This document shows positions 49,715 through 60,709 of a stretch of DNA of 64,000 nt, in pieces. Below the pieces are notes generated by a model that saw nothing but the letters and a program-made list of their open reading frames with translations, did not search any database and was not told where the DNA came from. The stretch's first letter is position 1. Each line of letters begins with the position of its first letter. Source of the DNA: Spirulina sp. (GTDB taxonomy: Bacteria > Cyanobacteriota > Cyanobacteriia > Phormidesmidales > Phormidesmidaceae). The translations under genes were made by a program, and so were the position numbers. Where the stretch lies: positions 64,001 through 128,000 of the forward strand of contig JBIPSI010000008.1 in assembly GCA_044070495.1 (NCBI GenBank). Direction: 5' to 3'.

Positions 49715-51442
49715 CTAGGCGAAGGCTTCGTCCTCTGGGTCGTCTGTGGTGGTGGTGCGATCAGGAGCAGAACGACGGGCAAAGGCAGTGCAATAGCCAT
49801 CGGGGCTGACTTGCATTCCATATAGCGGCGAGGCCATACCCCGACAGCGTCCGTTATAGAAATGGCGGCAGCGTTGGCAGCTATCGGGCTGTTCGGGGCG
49901 ATCCTCTGGCTCCACCTGTCGCAGCAAATCGCGCTGGGTAAGGCCCTTAATCACCAGTTCATCCCCCTGCCAGCGGGCTTGCACGATGCCGGTGTCGGCC
50001 AGGGTGCGCCAGCGGGGGTCGGCGGTAAGGCGGTCGGGCAACAGCAGCAGCACGCTGTCGTCCATGGCGGTGATTTCCCCCTCAAACAGCGGATCGGGGG
50101 CGGCGGGCTGCAAAAAACGGTCGCCAATGGGAAACTCTACCCGCTTCCCCACGGAGGGCAGATGGAGTTGGTAGCGGGTTTGCAGTTCCTCTAGACTGGC
50201 TAGGTCGGCCAGGTGATTGGGGGGGCCATGAACAAAGGCCACATGCTGAGGACGCAGGTTGTGAATCAGTTGGGTGGTGCCGACGGCGTCGCTGTGGGTG
50301 GTGAGCAGATAGGTATCGAGTTGCACTCGGCCTGTATCGAGATCGGGGGCCAGGGTTTGCAACCAGGCCAAGGTAGACCCCGCTTCAGATTCGGGGGCGG
50401 CCAACACCGCCGTGGCGAGGTGGGAGGCAAAGGCTTCGGGTAACAGCACCGTCCAGGGGTGGTTAGATTCCCGACAATAGCGGCTGAGGTCGGCGTCGCG
50501 ATAGCCCAGCACAATGGCCGGGGTGGTCGGATCGGGCATCTCGCCAACCCCCAGCCGTCGAATGCGAGGCCGCACCCGTTCGTCCCAAAACAGGGGCTGG
50601 TGTCGGGCAAAGTTTTGCACACTGCTGGGCAGGTAGGGCAACAGTTCCAGGTAGTGATCGCAGCCCGCCGCCACCGTGGCATCCACCCACACCGTCACAT
50701 CCTTGCCCGTGAACTGGTGATGACTTCGCAACAGCATCACCAATTCCTGCCCCTGGCCGAGGGTGGGCACGGGCAACAGAACGGAACGTCCCGCTTGCAG
50801 ACGGTCGTAGATGGTCTGGGCCAGTTGATTTTCCTGCTGTCGCCGATGGGGATGACGGGCAGTGCCAGCGCTCCCCTCAATGATCAGCACATCGGGGCGC
50901 ACCCCCCGCAGAGCCTCTAGGGGCAGACCATCCACTAGCCGCGAGTTGGAAATAAAAAAATCGCCCGTGTAAAACAGGGTGTAGGGGCGCTGGGGTGTGG
51001 TGTAGGTCAACAGCACACAGGCGGCACCGGGCAAATGCCCCGCTGGCCACAGTTGCAGGGTAAGGTCGTCCGTAAGCTGGAGGGGCGTATTCCAGGGCAA
51101 CGCCTGACACAGATGGGGCGGCACCTGTTCGGGACGATCTAACCAGTTCAGCGGCAATAGCTGGGCGGTGACCTCACTGCCATAGATGGGCACCTGGGGA
51201 AAGGCGCGATGGAAATCCAGCAGGCCACGGGCATGATCGCTGTGGGCGTGGCTGCACAGCAACATATCCGCCCGCTCTATCCGATCCCGTGCGGCCTCCA
51301 GCAGAGCCATGTTCGATAGGCCACAGTCCAGCAAAATCCGCCGTGGCCCTAGGCTTACCTCTAGGCAAACGCCCTCGCCACCGTGACCCGCCCCAAAGGC
51401 CAAGCAGGATAGTTCACTCACGGTTGCCGATACCGAATCCAC
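49715..51442 (-). CDS. Metallo-beta-lactamase / beta-CASP family hydrolase (putative RNase)
   Basis: LLDCG, HAHSDH, AGHLPGA, YTGDF, and a C-terminal Cys cluster. Confidence 0.88.
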   Translation of the reverse strand: MDSVSATVSELSCLAFGAGHGGEGVCLEVSLGPRRILLDCGLSNMALLEAARDRIERADMLLCSHAHSDHARGLLDFHRAFPQVPIYGSEVTAQLLPLNWLDRPEQVPPHLCQALPWNTPLQLTDDLTLQLWPAGHLPGAACVLLTYTTPQRPYTLFYTGDFFISNSRLVDGLPLEALRGVRPDVLIIEGSAGTARHPHRRQQENQLAQTIYDRLQAGRSVLLPVPTLGQGQELVMLLRSHHQFTGKDVTVWVDATVAAGCDHYLELLPYLPSSVQNFARHQPLFWDERVRPRIRRLGVGEMPDPTTPAIVLGYRDADLSRYCRESNHPWTVLLPEAFASHLATAVLAAPESEAGSTLAWLQTLAPDLDTGRVQLDTYLLTTHSDAVGTTQLIHNLRPQHVAFVHGPPNHLADLASLEELQTRYQLHLPSVGKRVEFPIGDRFLQPAAPDPLFEGEITAMDDSVLLLLPDRLTADPRWRTLADTGIVQARWQGDELVIKGLTQRDLLRQVEPEDRPEQPDSCQRCRHFYNGRCRGMASPLYGMQVSPDGYCTAFARRSAPDRTTTTDDPEDEAFA

Positions 51443-51462
51443 CCCTTAGCCACCTCAATGGC

Positions 51463-51585
51463 CTAGTGAGCCGACCCGTTGCCGTGGTAGCTATCGGTGT
51501 CGTAGAAGCCGTTTTTGGTGCCAAAGAACAGGGTGGCCACTACGAACAGCCCCGTCAAAACCGCCAAAACCAGTTTGATATCCAT
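51463..51585 (-). CDS. ndhP: NDH-1L complex small subunit NdhP
   Basis: 40 aa, MDIKLVLAVLTGLFVVATLFFGTKNGFYDTDSYHGNGSAH. Single TM helix with the characteristic FFGT.NGFYD.D.YHGNGSAH tail. Confidence 0.9.
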   Translation of the reverse strand: MDIKLVLAVLTGLFVVATLFFGTKNGFYDTDSYHGNGSAH

Positions 51586-51859
51586 AGGAAATCCGTAAAA
51601 AAGGGATAAACCGCGTTTGCTATGCTCCATCCAGCCTGCAAGCCATGCACCCATCAAGGTCACACTTCCAGCCCAGACTTAGACAAAGACTAGCTTAGCA
51701 GGCCCGCCAGAGGAGCCAATGTAACGGTTTTTGACACCCTCACTCCAGCCCAGTATCGACGATACCCGTTTTCTCCCTCCTTCCCAGACTCCGGCTGGGA
51801 ACACCCAATCGAGGCTGGAGCCTCGGAGAAGGAGCAGAGCGCTGGGAGAGGGGCCGTGG

Positions 51860-53320
51860 TTACGGCAGGTTATCAATGGCCTCGGCTTCCTCTGGCGTGG
51901 CAACGGAGGAAAACAGCGCACTCTTTGCTGCCCCTAGGGCCTCCGTTAGCACCAGCGGAAATTCAGCTTCCTGGGACGCGGCTTCGACCCGTTGCTTGAG
52001 CCTGTTCACCATGCGGCGGTTGCGGTCGGCCAGGTTGGTTTCTTCGCCAGGATCTTGGGCGAGGTTAAAGAGTTCGGTCTTGGAGGGGATGGTAATTTGC
52101 CAAACCAGTTTCCAGTCGCCCTGGTGGACGGCGGCGCGGAAGGGTTCAACATCATAGCCTAGGGCATCTCGATCCAAGGATTGCCCCTCGGCTAGGGCGG
52201 GCCAGATATTGAGGCCATCCAGGGGTTTGGTTTGATCGAGGGATGCCCCAGCCAGGTTGGCAAGGGTCGGATACCAATCGATAATGTGCATGGGCTGGTT
52301 TGCCACGGAACCCGGTTCGATCCGTCCCGGCCAGTTGGCGAGGGCCACAACGCGAGTGCCCCCTTCGTAGAGTGCCCCCTTGCCGCCACGAAACGGGCCA
52401 TTATCCGCAGGAATGGTGCCCCCAGAGGTGTCCACTTCCCCGGTAACCGCAGCAGACCGAGGGCCACCGTTGTCGCTCTGGAAGACGATCAGCGTATTGT
52501 CGCGCATTCCACGCCGTTCCAGCGCTTCGACAACCTGGCCAATCTGTTCGTCCATCACCGTGATCATGGCAGCATAGGCGCGACGGTTAGGATCCTCAAT
52601 ATTGGCGTATTGGGCGATAGCTTCCTCCGGTGCTTGGTAGGGAGCGTGGGGCGCGGTAAAGGCCAGGTACATAAAGAGCGGGGTATTGGTGTCGTGCTCG
52701 TCGATCAGCTTTACGGCATCCTGCCCTAGCAGAGTCGTAACGTAGCCCTCTTCCTCTACCAGTTCATTGTTGCGATACCAGTCAATAACGCCGTGGGCCG
52801 AGTGGGTGAAATAGTCAATCTCGCCCAGAATTGGGCCATAGTGGTAGTCAAACCCCCGCTGCAAGGGCCAATATTGGCGATCTGCGTGGCCTAGGTGCCA
52901 TTTACCCACCAGGGCGGTGTCATAGCCCGCTTCTTTCAGCGCCTGGGGCAAGATCCATTCATCGGTGGCTAGCCCGTAGGTCGCCGCCGATGGAATTGCA
53001 ATGGTCTGCAACCCGTAGCGGAAGGGATATCGCCCCGTCATCAGGGCCGCCCGCGACGGCGTACACCAGGGATGGGCATGGTAATGTTCGAGGCGGACTC
53101 CAGTTTGGGCCAGCCGATCTAGGTTAGGAGTCCGAATGTCAGAACCATGGAATCCGACATCTTTCCAACCTAGGTCGTCGGCCATGATGTAGACAATATT
53201 AGGGCGCGGCGATTCCTGGGCCACTGCCGCTGGGGGCAACCAGCCTCGGATTCCCACCAAAAAGGCCACCAAGAAGGCGACCAAGAGACTCAGTTTCTTC
53301 ATACTAGGCATTCCTTCCAT
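51860..53320 (-). CDS. Secreted arylsulfatase (Cys-type, formylglycine-dependent)
   Basis: Signal peptide, PNIVYIMADDLG, CTPSRAALMTGR, GKWHLG, SDNGG. Confidence 0.93.
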   Translation of the reverse strand: MEGMPSMKKLSLLVAFLVAFLVGIRGWLPPAAVAQESPRPNIVYIMADDLGWKDVGFHGSDIRTPNLDRLAQTGVRLEHYHAHPWCTPSRAALMTGRYPFRYGLQTIAIPSAATYGLATDEWILPQALKEAGYDTALVGKWHLGHADRQYWPLQRGFDYHYGPILGEIDYFTHSAHGVIDWYRNNELVEEEGYVTTLLGQDAVKLIDEHDTNTPLFMYLAFTAPHAPYQAPEEAIAQYANIEDPNRRAYAAMITVMDEQIGQVVEALERRGMRDNTLIVFQSDNGGPRSAAVTGEVDTSGGTIPADNGPFRGGKGALYEGGTRVVALANWPGRIEPGSVANQPMHIIDWYPTLANLAGASLDQTKPLDGLNIWPALAEGQSLDRDALGYDVEPFRAAVHQGDWKLVWQITIPSKTELFNLAQDPGEETNLADRNRRMVNRLKQRVEAASQEAEFPLVLTEALGAAKSALFSSVATPEEAEAIDNLP

Positions 53321-53594
53321 TGATCATCCGTGGCTAGAGGCAAGGGATCTGGGGGTAGGTCTAAACCGCACAACGCAGCCGAGCAACATTAACCAAGATG
53401 AATCCGTGAATTCCTCGAATCCGTAAATTCTTTATGCCTTGACCCTAGGGCACCAGCGTAGAAGTTCGCTAAAATGATGGCTATCCCAAAATTGCAAGAT
53501 CACAAAAACGAAATATTAAGAATCATCAAAAACATCAAGCCCCCTCTGCTGAGGGGCGTCTTTTCTAGGAGATACACTATTACTTGGCCAAGAA

Positions 53595-54587
53595 ATGACG
53601 TCACTGAAGGACTTAGGCGATCAATTTCTAAACGATGCTGGCCCTAGCACTGCATCGCTTTATAGTTTTAGAGATATTGATGAGTTAGCGGTTTTTTTGC
53701 CCGAAGATGTCCGTCTGACGCCCCTGGAGTGTGAGCCTTTTCGATGTCAGTCTGCCTTCCTCAACCTTGGTGCGGTTCAATTTACCTTTAACCACGTCAA
53801 CCGAAATCTCTACGCCACGGGGGGTAAACAGACAGACTTTTTAAGTTTTTCGATGATCCTTCAGGGGAATGGACAGCACGGCATTGAAAATAATCGCCTG
53901 GTCAACGAAGACTATTTGTTTGGCTTTGATCCAAGTCGCAAGGCCGATCTGGTCTTTCCAGGCAATTGTCTCTACTGTGCAGTCTACATTCAACCGACTA
54001 TTTTTAAAGCCTATGTCCAGGCCATGGATCGCCTAGATCTGGATAGCAAATTCTTGGCCACCAACTATGCTTATATAGCAGGTTCGTTCGCCCCTTTACG
54101 ATCCTATCTCAAGCAGATTTATGCCTTACTGATTCAGCAATCCAATCGATTACAAAACCGAGACTTTCAGAAAATTATCGTACAAGACTTTATTCCTTTG
54201 TTGATTGCCGCATTGCCAGTCGGATCATCCTCCCAAAACGATACCAAATTCCTACGTCGTTCGCGCTTAGTCAAACAGGCGGATGACTACATGCAATCTC
54301 GCCTCGATCAGGCACTCACCCTTACGGATCTTTGTGAAGCCCTTGGCACGAGTAGCCGCGCCCTTTGCTACGGATTCCAGGAAATGTTTGGAACCAGTCC
54401 CATGTCCTACCTGAAAATTCTTCGGTTAAAAGCGGCCCATCAATTGCTCAAGACAGCTAGTCAAAATGCAATAACGGTCACGGAATCCGCAACTCAGTTT
54501 GGTTTTTGTCACTTGGGGTATTTTTCCCGCGACTACAAACAGATGTTTGGCGAACTGCCCTCAGCAACCTTGAGGCAGCGCTTGTAG
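53595..54587 (+). CDS. AraC-family transcriptional regulator (EutR-like)
   Basis: LTDLCEALGTSSRALCYGFQEMFGTSPMSYL...FGFCHLGYFSRDYKQMFGELPS. Confidence 0.92.
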   Translation: MTSLKDLGDQFLNDAGPSTASLYSFRDIDELAVFLPEDVRLTPLECEPFRCQSAFLNLGAVQFTFNHVNRNLYATGGKQTDFLSFSMILQGNGQHGIENNRLVNEDYLFGFDPSRKADLVFPGNCLYCAVYIQPTIFKAYVQAMDRLDLDSKFLATNYAYIAGSFAPLRSYLKQIYALLIQQSNRLQNRDFQKIIVQDFIPLLIAALPVGSSSQNDTKFLRRSRLVKQADDYMQSRLDQALTLTDLCEALGTSSRALCYGFQEMFGTSPMSYLKILRLKAAHQLLKTASQNAITVTESATQFGFCHLGYFSRDYKQMFGELPSATLRQRL

Positions 54588-54682
54588 AATTGGCATTTTT
54601 CAAGGCCATAACTCTCCACGATGGCATTGCCCCCTGCGAAGGCTGAGCAAACCCAGGAAGTTCTGCCCTGGGGCGAAGAGGG

Positions 54683-56734
54683 CTACCAGGTGAAGCGGAG
54701 ACCTTGGGAAACCAGGAAGGCTTGTAGGGCAGGCATTTGACCTGTTACCACAATTTGGGACGGGGTGAGGTCGGCGGGTTTGCCTTCGCGTAGGAGCCAG
54801 CCAGCGGTGGCCCCTGCCGCGCCGCCAATGCTCCATTCCCCGTAGTGAACGCGGGTAACGCCGTTGACGATATGGCTAACGGCAATGCTCTTGCCACCAA
54901 TTAAGACGTTATCCACGCCCTGGGGCACGATGGCCTCCAGGGGAATTTGCAGGGGCCGCACCACAAATTCCTTGATGCTGGCGGCGGCGGCTTCGTAGGT
55001 GGGTCGCCCATCGCGATAACGGCAGCCGTGGATGTCGATGTCGTAGTGGGCCAGCGCAACGGCGGTGAGGCTAAAGTCTCGGCCCCCGGTCATATCTTCG
55101 CGCAGGTCGGCTTCTACGGCCATGAAGCTGTCTTGGCCATAGGCAGGGCGGCCCAAAATGCGGCGACCTTCGCGGATGTAGGGCACCATACTAAGGCCAG
55201 ACTGGGTGCCCAGGGGCGCGTCTTTGCCCGTCAACAGGGTGAGGGGCAGTTTGTCAGTGGATTCCCGATCAATCAGCCATTCCGCAAACATGAGAGAGTG
55301 AATTTCGCCATAGTTGAGGGATTCTGCCGACAAACCGCCCATCCAGTTCTGTTTTTGTCCGTCTAGGCGAAGATCCTCTTCGGTCAACACCAGGGGCGGA
55401 TCCATAAAGTGCCAGTCGTTGCCCTTGTTCCAGTTCATCAGCGTCATTTCCCCCGGTCGGGTGACGTTGACATTGCCGCTGTCGGTGGCGTGGCTGACGA
55501 TGCGGCGATAGTTAAACACGCTGCTGCTGTTAAAGAAGGGAAAGCCTTCTAGATCAAACGATTGCCAGTGCTCTTCCCGCGTGAAGGCCGGTTCAATTTG
55601 TTGCAGTTCCTTCAGGCTAGCCTTGCGGTCATCCAACGTGGCCAGCACAAAGGGATAGGTGTAGGCCTGGGTGCAGTCGGGGTTTTCGCGGGGGGCGGCG
55701 TTCACCTCCCCGGTAAAGGATTGGGCATCGGATCCGACGCGGTGGGGCAGATTGGCCCAGCCCACCAGTTCTCCGGTGTCGGTGGCGTCGATCACCACCA
55801 TGCGACCACCGGGGGGCGGCTGGAGGCGGACGGGGATCTTGTTGTAACTGTCGCTATCCGACCAGCTATACCACTCCGATAGCTCGCGGGAGAGCCGCCC
55901 CGTGGGTACATAGTTAGGATCGAGGGGAATCCGCCGTACGCCGTAGATGGCCGTTACCACCCGACCCGACGCATCAAAGGCCGCGCCCTTAAAGGCCGTC
56001 GAGGTCGCCCAGCGACTTTCTGGCGCACTCTGAACCGCCTGCCGCATCCACATTTCCGCCGCCGTGGCCCCCGCCTTGGGGGAAAAGCACAGTTCCCCCA
56101 CCCAGCAGCTATTCACGGCACTCACGGGCTTGGGGCTGGGCATCCCCGTCCAGTCAGGCAAATGCACGGGCTGTCGCTGAATTAACGCCTTGAAGGACTC
56201 CCAACTGGGGGAGAAATTCCGCCGCCAGCGCATCGCCCGCGATTCATCAATGGCCGAAACCCCCTGGGAACTAATTTGCCCGCCCAGCCAGGGAGTGAGT
56301 TCAATCATGCAGGTGGTGGCCCCGGTTTTCATGGCGTGGGAGGCCGCCGCAATGCCGCCCAGGGTGCCGCCAATCACCACCACTTCGCAGGTCCACACTT
56401 CCTCGGCAATGGGCAGCGGGTTCAACACCGGACGCCCGTTCGCCGTTTGAATTTGGCGCACCCCCTGGGCCACCTCCGCCCGGTTTACCACCTGCCCCAC
56501 CGGGCGCTGGGCCATCACCACCGGCCCCCGCCAGTGACCACTCACCGAGCGAAAGGCCGCCAGCAACAAACTACTCCCCAACACCGCCACCATCACCAAA
56601 CCCGATAACCGGGTCATGCGGCGCTGGGCACGTCTGCGCTTGAGGGGAAGAGAACGATACCGACGGCGTTCCAGCATGGGCCAAAGGGCAACAAAACTCA
56701 AAATCTTGACTGTGAGTGTAACAACGAAATTCAA
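54683..56734 (-). CDS. FAD-dependent oxidoreductase, membrane-anchored or exported; start uncertain
   Basis: VVVIGGTLGGIAAA, LGGQISSQGV, VIDATDTGEL, PYIREGRRI. Confidence 0.85.
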   Translation of the reverse strand: MNFVVTLTVKILSFVALWPMLERRRYRSLPLKRRRAQRRMTRLSGLVMVAVLGSSLLLAAFRSVSGHWRGPVVMAQRPVGQVVNRAEVAQGVRQIQTANGRPVLNPLPIAEEVWTCEVVVIGGTLGGIAAASHAMKTGATTCMIELTPWLGGQISSQGVSAIDESRAMRWRRNFSPSWESFKALIQRQPVHLPDWTGMPSPKPVSAVNSCWVGELCFSPKAGATAAEMWMRQAVQSAPESRWATSTAFKGAAFDASGRVVTAIYGVRRIPLDPNYVPTGRLSRELSEWYSWSDSDSYNKIPVRLQPPPGGRMVVIDATDTGELVGWANLPHRVGSDAQSFTGEVNAAPRENPDCTQAYTYPFVLATLDDRKASLKELQQIEPAFTREEHWQSFDLEGFPFFNSSSVFNYRRIVSHATDSGNVNVTRPGEMTLMNWNKGNDWHFMDPPLVLTEEDLRLDGQKQNWMGGLSAESLNYGEIHSLMFAEWLIDRESTDKLPLTLLTGKDAPLGTQSGLSMVPYIREGRRILGRPAYGQDSFMAVEADLREDMTGGRDFSLTAVALAHYDIDIHGCRYRDGRPTYEAAAASIKEFVVRPLQIPLEAIVPQGVDNVLIGGKSIAVSHIVNGVTRVHYGEWSIGGAAGATAGWLLREGKPADLTPSQIVVTGQMPALQAFLVSQGLRFTW

Positions 56735-57080
56735 AGACGACGCAGGAACTTTTCCCTAGGCCAATGCTTCCCCCAATGTTCGCCATGCCCAAGGCCAAGC
56801 GACCCAGGGCACCCCCCTAGGAAGTCCTGGAAAATCTGAGGCATGGCCCAGGAAATATGTTAAGTTGTGTGAACAGCCTAGGGGTTGTCATCTGTCAATA
56901 GCGGTGTGCTGGTTGAGTTTGCGAGCAGGTTCTCTGTGTCGCGAACAGGTTGGAGGAAAGTTCCCCAGCCCAGCCGCACCCCAGATCACCCTAGAGCCAC
57001 AGCAATGGGAGGACGGTGCAAGGGTTTCTTCCTGATGCTGAAGGATCGCGCTTGTACACGTCGTTGCTTGGAAGAAACGC

Positions 57081-58403
57081 ATGGGGCTAAAGCCAACCGT
57101 TGCCTTTAACCATTTGGGATGCGAGAAAAATCGCGTTGACACCGAACATATGCTGGGTCTGCTGGTGCAGGCAGGCTATGGCGTAGACGCCAACGAGGAA
57201 TTGGCCGACTACGTGGTAGTCAACACCTGTAGCTTCATCGAAGACGCCCGCCGGGAATCGGTGCGAACCCTGGTGGAACTCGCGGAAGCCAACAAAAAAA
57301 TTGTGATCACGGGCTGCCTCGCCCAGCATTTTCAGCACGAACTCCTCGACGAAATTCCAGAGGCCGTGGCCCTGGTAGGCACAGGAGATTACAACCGCAT
57401 CGTCGAAGTAATCGAACGGGCCGAAGCCGGGGAACGGGTCAAAATCGTCTCCCCAGAACCCACCTACATTGCCGACGAAACGGTACCCCGCTACCGTACG
57501 ACCGCCTCCAGCGTGGCCTACCTGCGGGTGGCCGAGGGCTGCGACTATCGCTGCGCCTTCTGCATCATTCCCCACCTGCGGGGCAACCAGCGATCCCGCT
57601 CCATCGAATCCATCGTGGCCGAGGCTAAACAACTCGCGGACGAGGGAGTGCAGGAACTGGTGCTGATCTCGCAAATCACCACCAACTACGGCCTAGACCT
57701 CTACGGAAAACCCGCTCTAGCCAAGCTCCTGCGGGCCTTGGGCGAAGTCGATGTGCCCTGGATTCGGATGCACTACGCCTACCCCACGGGCCTCACCCCG
57801 GAGGTGATTGCCGCCATTCGCGATACCCCCAACGTCTTGCCCTACCTGGATTTACCCCTTCAGCACTCCCACCCGGAGGTGCTGCGGGCCATGAATCGTC
57901 CCTGGCAAGGGCAGGTCAACGACGACGTGATCCAGCGCATCCAGGAAGCCCTACCCGAGGCGGTGCTGAGAACCACCTTCATCGTGGGCTTTCCGGGCGA
58001 AACGGAAGCCCACTTTGACCACCTGATGGCCTTTGTGGAACGCCACCGATTCGATCATGTCGGCGTCTTTACCTTCTCCCCAGAGGAGGGTACCCCCGCC
58101 TACAGCCTGCCCAACCCCGTGCCTGAAGCCGTGGCCGAACAGCGTCGCGAAGCCCTGATGTTGGCTCAACAGCCCATTGCCTGGGCCAAAAACCAGGATG
58201 ACATTGGCAAAACCGTGGACGTATTGATTGAGCAGGAAAATCCCGCCACGGGGGTCAGCATTGGCCGATCCGCCCGCTTCGCCCCAGAGGTAGACGGCCT
58301 GGTTTATGTAAAAGGCTCAGCCCCGTTGAACCAAATTGTTCCTGTCACCATCACCGCCGCCGACACCTACGACCTCTTTGGCCAAGTAGCCACAGATCCC
58401 TAG
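57081..58403 (+). CDS. rimO: Ribosomal protein S12 methylthiotransferase
   Basis: [29 protein letters not shown]-terminal TRAM domain (APEVDG). Confidence 0.97.
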   Translation: MGLKPTVAFNHLGCEKNRVDTEHMLGLLVQAGYGVDANEELADYVVVNTCSFIEDARRESVRTLVELAEANKKIVITGCLAQHFQHELLDEIPEAVALVGTGDYNRIVEVIERAEAGERVKIVSPEPTYIADETVPRYRTTASSVAYLRVAEGCDYRCAFCIIPHLRGNQRSRSIESIVAEAKQLADEGVQELVLISQITTNYGLDLYGKPALAKLLRALGEVDVPWIRMHYAYPTGLTPEVIAAIRDTPNVLPYLDLPLQHSHPEVLRAMNRPWQGQVNDDVIQRIQEALPEAVLRTTFIVGFPGETEAHFDHLMAFVERHRFDHVGVFTFSPEEGTPAYSLPNPVPEAVAEQRREALMLAQQPIAWAKNQDDIGKTVDVLIEQENPATGVSIGRSARFAPEVDGLVYVKGSAPLNQIVPVTITAADTYDLFGQVATDP

Positions 58404-58493
58404 GCCATGCCTTCCCTAGGCCGCTGATCCCCAGCCTCGTTCCCTTGCCCTACCCCTTCTCCCCGACTCTGTAATCTCCTTAGAGGATTCGTT

Positions 58494-59924
58494 ATGACCT
58501 TCTCCTTTGCCAGCCTAGGATTGTCGGCTGCCCGTGTCAGCCACCTAGAGTCTCTGGGTTACCACGAGCCTACCGCCATCCAGGCGGAGGCCATTCCCCA
58601 CCTGCTATCGGGGCGGGATCTGATTGGTCAGGCCCAGACGGGGACGGGCAAAACCGCTGCATTCTCCCTGCCGCTCATGGAGCAGGTGGATCCTAACAAC
58701 CCTGCGGTTCAAGCCCTAGTGCTCACCCCCACCCGTGAGTTAGCCCTTCAGGTCTGTCAGGCCATGCGCAGCTACCGCATCCAAGGACGACCCAAAATTC
58801 TGGCCCTCTACGGTGGCCAATCCATTGATCGCCAGCAGGAACAACTGCGGCGCGGTGCCCAGATTGTGGTGGGCACCCCTGGGCGCATCCTCGACCTGCT
58901 CAACCGGGGCACTCTCTCGCTCAAAAACCTGGGCTGGCTGGTGCTCGATGAAGCCGACGAAATGCTGAATATGGGCTTCATTCAAGATGTGGAAAAAATC
59001 CTTAGCAAGGCCCCGGCCCAGCGCCAAACCGCCTTTTTCTCCGCCACCATGGCCCCGGAAATTCGGGAACTGACCACCAAGTTTCTGCAAACCCCGGTCA
59101 CGGTCACCATCCAATCGGCCAAGGCTTCTCCCCGCCACATTCAGCAAATTTCCTACGTGGTGCCCCGAGGCTGGACGAAGGTACGCGCCCTCCAGCCCAT
59201 CCTCGAAATTCAGGATCCCGAGTCGGCCATTATCTTTGTGCGCACCCGCCGCACCGCTAGCGACCTGACCCGTCAGTTGCAGGCGGCTGGCTATAGCGTC
59301 GATGAGTACCATGGCGACCTCAGCCAGTCTCAGCGGGAACGGCTGCTGATGCGGTTCCGCCAGCAGCAGGTGCGCTGGGTGGTGGCCACCGATATCGCCG
59401 CCCGTGGCATCCATGTGGATGACCTCACCCACGTCATCAACTTTGACCTCCCCGACGCCGTGGAAAACTACGTGCACCGCATTGGCCGCACCGGGCGGGC
59501 CGGAAAGCCGGGGGTGGCCATTTCCCTGGTGTCGCCCCTAGAAAAGTACAAGTTGCGCCAGATTGAGCGGCAAACCAAGCAGCCCATGGTGTTTATGCAG
59601 ATTCCCACCCGGGCTGAGATTGCCGCCCGTAATCTGGAGCGTCTGCGCAGCCAAGTACGCGAGGCCATTACCAGCGAACGGCTGGCCTCCTTCCTGCCCA
59701 TCGTCTCTCAACTAAGCGAAGAGTACGACATCCACACCATCGCCGCCGCTGCCCTGCAAATGGCCTACGATCATACGGTACCGGCATGGCAACGCACCGA
59801 CCACCAGGTGCAAGCGGAGGATGGCCACAAGGAATCGGGATCGAATAAGCCCGTCCCTGCCCCCAAAAAGCGGGTACAGCGGAACCCTAAAAATCAGCAG
59901 CCCGTGGAGTCCTCCGGAAACTAA
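58494..59924 (+). CDS. crhR: DEAD-box RNA helicase CrhR
   Basis: AQTGTGKT, PTRELA, DEAD, SAT, HRIGRTGRAG. CrhR-like C-terminus (ERLASFLPIV..L.EEYD...IAAAALQMAYD), downstream of rimO. Confidence 0.92.
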   Translation: MTFSFASLGLSAARVSHLESLGYHEPTAIQAEAIPHLLSGRDLIGQAQTGTGKTAAFSLPLMEQVDPNNPAVQALVLTPTRELALQVCQAMRSYRIQGRPKILALYGGQSIDRQQEQLRRGAQIVVGTPGRILDLLNRGTLSLKNLGWLVLDEADEMLNMGFIQDVEKILSKAPAQRQTAFFSATMAPEIRELTTKFLQTPVTVTIQSAKASPRHIQQISYVVPRGWTKVRALQPILEIQDPESAIIFVRTRRTASDLTRQLQAAGYSVDEYHGDLSQSQRERLLMRFRQQQVRWVVATDIAARGIHVDDLTHVINFDLPDAVENYVHRIGRTGRAGKPGVAISLVSPLEKYKLRQIERQTKQPMVFMQIPTRAEIAARNLERLRSQVREAITSERLASFLPIVSQLSEEYDIHTIAAAALQMAYDHTVPAWQRTDHQVQAEDGHKESGSNKPVPAPKKRVQRNPKNQQPVESSGN

Positions 59925-60065
59925 GGGCTACCTGCTTACCCTAGGGATTAGGTCGGTGTTGTTGCATTAGATTACGTATGAAAGAGCACAGCCTAAACCT
60001 TGGGGCATCCTAGAATTAGGGCAGCACGGGATCACTCCGCTGCCTATCTTGGGAGGTGTTGAGCC

Positions 60066-60266
60066 ATGTTAGTCATGATGACTGAGAACCAGATCATCTC
60101 ACCCCATACGGTGTGTCAAAACTGCGTGTTGGCGGATCACAATGGTCAACCTCGCTGGCGGCACGGCAGTCTGGGCTGCGGACGCCTATTGACGGGTGGC
60201 CTAGATCACGGTCAGCCTGCCCAGTTTGAATGTCAGATGGGCTTCCGGGTTGCCAGTATCGATTGA
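60066..60266 (+). CDS. Small Cys-rich hypothetical protein
   Basis: Strong GGAGGT RBS. VCQNC...LGCG...FECQMGF. Confidence 0.8.
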   Translation: MLVMMTENQIISPHTVCQNCVLADHNGQPRWRHGSLGCGRLLTGGLDHGQPAQFECQMGFRVASID

Positions 60267-60302
60267 TTTCTAGCGACCGGATTCCAGCGATTGATTTCCA
60301 GC
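60261..60302. repeat. Three imperfect 14-bp tandem repeats
   Basis: GATTGATTTCTAGC GACCGGATTCCAGC GATTGATTTCCAGC. Confidence 0.6.
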
Positions 60303-60709
60303 GATGAATCGCTCCAATTGTCTTGATCGTTGTCCCATCGGTTTTAGCTGGACTGGGCTAGCATCCCGATAGCGGTAAGTCCTGTGGGTGAGCCGTTTTC
60401 TGTGTGCTGTCCTAGGGTCATAAAACTAGGGTTATAAAAGGGAGGGGCTCTGGGGCGCGTTCTTCCCCTCGGCTATGGGCAGGGCTGGGCGAAGAATCCT
60501 GAGAGAGTCTTGGCCTGGCGGTGGGGCATGGATTTTTGTAACGCTGTGTGAACATTAAGCTGCATGAACGACTGGGCCAGAATTGGCTAGGCCATGACCG
60601 AATGTGTTACCAGTAGGAATACTGGCGGAATGCCTGTGCTGCTTGACTGAAGCACTTTTCGGCCAATTGTTAAAACGTGAATTTAAACCGCTTTAAAACC
60701 TTTGAGTTC

